Assembly: GCA_046597055.1 (NCBI GenBank)
Contig: JBKJLC010000156.1
Location: forward strand, 1-43,294
DNA length: 43,294 nt
Reading direction: 5' to 3'
Source of the DNA: Kofleriaceae bacterium
Lineage (GTDB): Bacteria; Myxococcota_A; Polyangia; Haliangiales; Haliangiaceae
Shown here: positions 41,596-43,294 of the stretch, one piece after another
Layout of the letters: each line of letters opens with the position of its first letter
How positions within the stretch are numbered: the first letter of the stretch is position 1
The notes under the pieces: generated by a model
What the model saw: only the letters and a program-made list of their open reading frames with translations
Told to the model about the DNA's origin: nothing
The model's database searches: none
Made by a program: the position numbers and the translations under genes

Positions 41596-43294
41596 ATGGC
41601 GAAGAAGCGTGTCGCGATCCTCGGCGGGGGCCTGTCGGCCATGACCTCGGCGTTCTGGCTCACCAGCTATCCAGGCTGGAAGGACGAGTGGGAGATCGAC
41701 GTGTATCAGCTCGGCTGGCGGCTCGGAGGTAAGGCGGCCAGCGGGCGCAACCCACACCAGCACCAGCGCATCGAGGAGCACGGCCTCCACGTGTTCCTCG
41801 GCTTCTACGACAACGCGTTCCGGACCATGCAGAAGGTCTACGGCGAGCTCGGCCGCGGGCCGGACGAGCCGCTCGCGCGATGGGACCAGGCGTTCCGGCA
41901 ACGCAGCCATGTCGTCTTCATGGAGCGTCAGCATGAGCGCTGGCTGCCGTGGTCGGTCGAGTTCCCGACCAACGACGGCGTGCCCGGCGTCGGCGAGCAG
42001 TGGCCGCCCGGCTGGGACTACGTGAAGATGTTGATCGACTGGATCGCCAAGTGGATGGCGACCGCCGGGCTCTTGCCGCTCGTCGACCAGCAGGTCGTCG
42101 ACGAGGTGATCACCTGCTTCTACCAGACCACCACGCTCCACCCCGGCGAGTCGGGCGAGCGCCGGGTGCTCGCGTACGTCGCCGACCTGGCCCAGGATCT
42201 GGTCGGTCGGCTGGCGTCGACCGTGCAGTTCGTCTCCGGCCTCACCGAGCTCGACAACCAGCTCATCTACGCGGTGGTGCGGCTGGCCTCGGACATCGGC
42301 ACCGCGACCCACCCCGACAGCCGCCACGGCGCGGTCGCCCGCCTGGTCGGTCGCCTGCGCGACTGGGTGTGGAAGCGGGTCGAGCCGCTGCTCCAGCAGA
42401 ACACCGAGGCGCGGCGCGCCTTCATCATGATCGACCTGGCCGCCGCGATCATCACCGGCATGGTCGAGGACGATCTCATCGGCCCCGACCCGTACTGGTT
42501 CAAGATCGACGACGTCGACTTCCGGACCTGGATCATGCGCCACGGCGCCTGCGAGCTCACCGCCGAGTCGGCGCCGATCGCGGCCGCCTACGCCCTGCCC
42601 TTCCACGAGGCCCTGTCGATCGCGGCCGGCACCGGCCTGCACGGGCTCCTGCGCATGATGCTCGGCTACAAGGGCTCGCTGTTCTGGGAGATGCAGGCCG
42701 GCATGGGCGACGTGATCTTCGCGCCGTTCGAGGAGGTGCTGCGCCGCCGCGGCGTGCGCTTCCACTACTTCCACCGGGTCGATCACCTCGAGCTGTCGCC
42801 CGACGGCAACCGGGTCGCGCGGGTCCACATCGGTCGCCAGGTCAACGTCAAGCAGGAGCCGTACCAGCCGCTGGTCGACGTCAAGGGCCTGCCGTGCTGG
42901 CCGAGCGAGCCGCGCTTCGACCAGCTGGTCGAGGGCGCCGAGCTCGCGGCCAGCGGCATCGACCTCGAGGACTGGTGGACGACCTGGAAGGATCGCGGCG
43001 AGCCGCTGGTGCTCGAGGACGGCAAGGACTTCGACCTCGTCATCCTCGGCACCTCGATCGCCACGTTCCCCTACCTCGCCACCGAGGTCATCAAGACCCA
43101 GCCGCGGTTCGCCAAGATGGTCGAGCAGGTCGCGCACACCCAGACCCAGGCGGTGCAGCTGTGGTTCCGGCCCGACGCTCGCGGGCTCGGCTGGGTGCTC
43201 GCCAACCGGCCGCCGCCGATCGTCGGTGCCTACGCGCTGTGGCTCGACACCTGGGCCGACATGGCGCACCTCCTGTGCCGCGAGGACTGGCCGG
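41596..43294 (+). CDS. FAD/NAD(P)-binding oxidoreductase (COG3349/amine oxidase-carotenoid desaturase-like), truncated by window end
   Basis: Not in the ORF track because no stop falls in the window; MAKKRVAILGGGLSAMTSAFWL, YQLGWRLGGKAASGR, RIEEHGLHVFLGFYDNAF, MQAGMGDVIFAP. Confidence 0.85.
   Translation, partial: MAKKRVAILGGGLSAMTSAFWLTSYPGWKDEWEIDVYQLGWRLGGKAASGRNPHQHQRIEEHGLHVFLGFYDNAFRTMQKVYGELGRGPDEPLARWDQAFRQRSHVVFMERQHERWLPWSVEFPTNDGVPGVGEQWPPGWDYVKMLIDWIAKWMATAGLLPLVDQQVVDEVITCFYQTTTLHPGESGERRVLAYVADLAQDLVGRLASTVQFVSGLTELDNQLIYAVVRLASDIGTATHPDSRHGAVARLVGRLRDWVWKRVEPLLQQNTEARRAFIMIDLAAAIITGMVEDDLIGPDPYWFKIDDVDFRTWIMRHGACELTAESAPIAAAYALPFHEALSIAAGTGLHGLLRMMLGYKGSLFWEMQAGMGDVIFAPFEEVLRRRGVRFHYFHRVDHLELSPDGNRVARVHIGRQVNVKQEPYQPLVDVKGLPCWPSEPRFDQLVEGAELAASGIDLEDWWTTWKDRGEPLVLEDGKDFDLVILGTSIATFPYLATEVIKTQPRFAKMVEQVAHTQTQAVQLWFRPDARGLGWVLANRPPPIVGAYALWLDTWADMAHLLCREDWP

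Noticed and set aside
41533..43269. Upstream extension of minus-strand ORF 40483..43269
   Set aside because: Antisense to the plus-strand oxidoreductase starting at 41596; the lipoprotein signal begins at 41532.
1..43294. CRISPR arrays, tRNA or rRNA genes, intact IS elements
   Set aside because: No regularly spaced repeats, cloverleaf or rRNA signatures, or transposase ORFs seen by eye; a covariance-model scan would be needed to exclude small RNAs.

Overview
Very GC-rich bacterial DNA, most likely Myxococcota (MYXO-CTERM sorting signal, many Pro/Asp-rich lipoproteins); taxonomy is inferred, not searched. About 30 real genes; most long ORFs in the supplied track are antisense or off-frame shadows. 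Left to right: (1) small exported proteins, including a Cys-rich protein ending in an RGPP arrest-like motif and a PSI-domain-like lipoprotein, then a Zn-dependent phospholipase C-like surface protein and a SAM methyltransferase. (2) A complete Wadjet/MksBEFG-like (type II, TIGR02677-02680-like) SMC defence locus whose jetD nuclease is transcribed divergently from jetABC across about 30 bp. (3) An 18-kb, nine-gene, fully translationally coupled operon for a probable glycosylated secondary lipid: ER-ER-KS-AT-ACP-KR PKS, KS-AT-DH-PPTase PKS, ACP, two alpha/beta hydrolases, GT1 glycosyltransferase, a pseudo-GT2/methyltransferase fusion, a lipoprotein and a DUF2505/START-like protein. (4) A xanthine dehydrogenase-family three-gene operon. 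(5) A decayed islet: long hairpin element, sigma54-type promoter on a lipoprotein gene, RelE/ParE toxin-antitoxin pair, frameshifted tyrosine recombinase remnant and a broken NUDIX-like gene. (6) An aldo/keto reductase lacking most catalytic residues, a lipoprotein, and a truncated flavin oxidoreductase. At least eight genes have a -10-like hexamer 6-7 nt before the start codon, suggesting widespread leaderless transcription. No rRNA, tRNA or CRISPR array was seen. All family assignments come from motif recognition by eye.
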